Shown piece by piece: positions 63,121 through 64,000 of a DNA stretch of 64,000 bases. This stretch comes from Proteromonas lacertae (lineage: Eukaryota): assembly GCA_002245135.1 (NCBI GenBank), contig NGBS01000006.1, forward strand, positions 1-64,000, given 5' to 3'. The notes beneath the pieces are model-generated. The model worked only from the letters and a program-made list of their open reading frames with translations. It had not been told where the DNA came from and made no database searches. A program made the translations under genes and the position numbers. Numbering within the stretch: the first letter of the stretch is position 1; each line of letters begins with the position of its first letter.

Positions 63121-64000
63121 CATCCATTGGTAAACCTACAAAAGCACCAGCAAACCATTTCATTAAGATTGGTTTAATATCAAATTTAATATTTAATAAT
63201 GAACTATAAATATCTGGTATTGATTCAGCAATTATTGTTTCTATTGTGTAACATTCTAAGTGAAATAATATTTCATATTGATCGAGATATCTTTTCATCC
63301 ATAATGGTAATACAGTATGAATAAGACTATCAAATAACTAATATGATTAAATAATTACTACTACAATAATAATATATACCCAATAAGATTCATCATCGGA
63401 TAATGTATGGACGAAGTATAATAATATTGATATCATTTCAGCATTTGGCTTGACTAATGGGTAAATGTCAATTAAGGAATAAAATATTATTATAAATTAT
63501 ATATAGTTAAATGATATATGATTTTCACAGTATGACTGAAATATCAAGGCAGTTCTCTCTTGATGTTCAGAAGTAACTGGTATTGAGTAATCTTCAACAC
63601 ATTGTTTGATTAAATTACATAATTTGGGTTGAATTATTTCTTTATCACAATATGATGGTTTATCAAGAGGATGATTGTGTAATTTGTAAGTGTTTGAATA
63701 ACCGAGCCAAACCTATTTTTACATAAAAATGAAAAAAATACTTCATTTCTGAGGTTATAGGGAATACCCATTCTTATTGATTGTCTTGTAAAATTGTTTC
63801 TACAATAGCTCTGATCTTCCAATGTCTTTATTAATGGAGTTAACCAAGATATTGATGTACATGAGAGTAGAATGTTATTTGACTTAATATTTCCTGACGA
63901 AATAAATTGTAATAAAGATTCCCATATTTGTGGTAAGTTTGCATCTTCACTAGTTGATACACTGAATAATAGGGTTTTCTCAGGAATTGTTATTGAAATT
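61868..64000 (-). CDS. TBC-domain Rab GTPase-activating protein (5' end outside window)
   Basis: RMGIPYNLRNEVW, DDESYWLF..LP, ILMKWFAGAFVGLPMD..YVWDFIFSEG are typical TBC elements. Confidence 0.8.
63461..63517 (-). other. U12-type AT-AC intron (57 nt) in the TBC gene
   Basis: 5' ATATCATT, branch TTCCTTAAT, 3' TTTAC. It contains an in-frame TAA; removal gives SYCENH/PLVKPNAEM. Confidence 0.9.

Noticed and set aside
1..64000. Alternative genetic code as an explanation for fragmented ORFs
   Set aside because: Conserved genes reassemble with short introns, and TAA, TAG and TGA all serve as terminators.
1..64000. CRISPR arrays, rRNA genes, retroelements or prokaryotic operons
   Set aside because: No repeat-spacer arrays, rRNA-like sequence or RT/integrase/transposase motifs were seen; the window is eukaryotic.

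Overview
Gene-dense, strongly AT-rich eukaryotic nuclear DNA using the standard genetic code. Most genes are split by very short GTAT...AG introns (mostly about 26-50 nt), so the ORF track fragments them. Tiny introns, minor-class AT-AC introns, a PA14/Ig-repeat surface protein and a mastigoneme-like EGF protein suggest a Blastocystis-like stramenopile (inference). About 30 protein genes were reconstructed by hand. They include DNAAF4/DYX1C1, SF3B6, ETF-beta, a histone-fold protein, a bZIP factor, MPP-beta, PAT1, NOP14, two GSTs, two HVA22/REEP-like proteins, two TxH-type MAPKs, UVSSA, a TBC Rab-GAP and a tandem array of eight EF-hand-like paralogues. There are also three tRNA genes. Main highlights: (1) the eight-gene array combines a Gln12 EF loop, a conserved uncharacterised domain and a SILK-type (PP1-docking-like) motif in otherwise unalignable tails. 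(2) There are three AT-AC U12-type introns with deviant 5' sites and a probable AT-AA intron. (3) A tRNA-Ser gene sits inside a DNAAF4 intron. (4) A GST pair with gene-conversion mosaicism lies between inverted identical tRNA-Lys copies. (5) Two spliced microprotein candidates are missed by the ORF track. Scattered 1-nt frameshifts in short homopolymers are most likely assembly errors.
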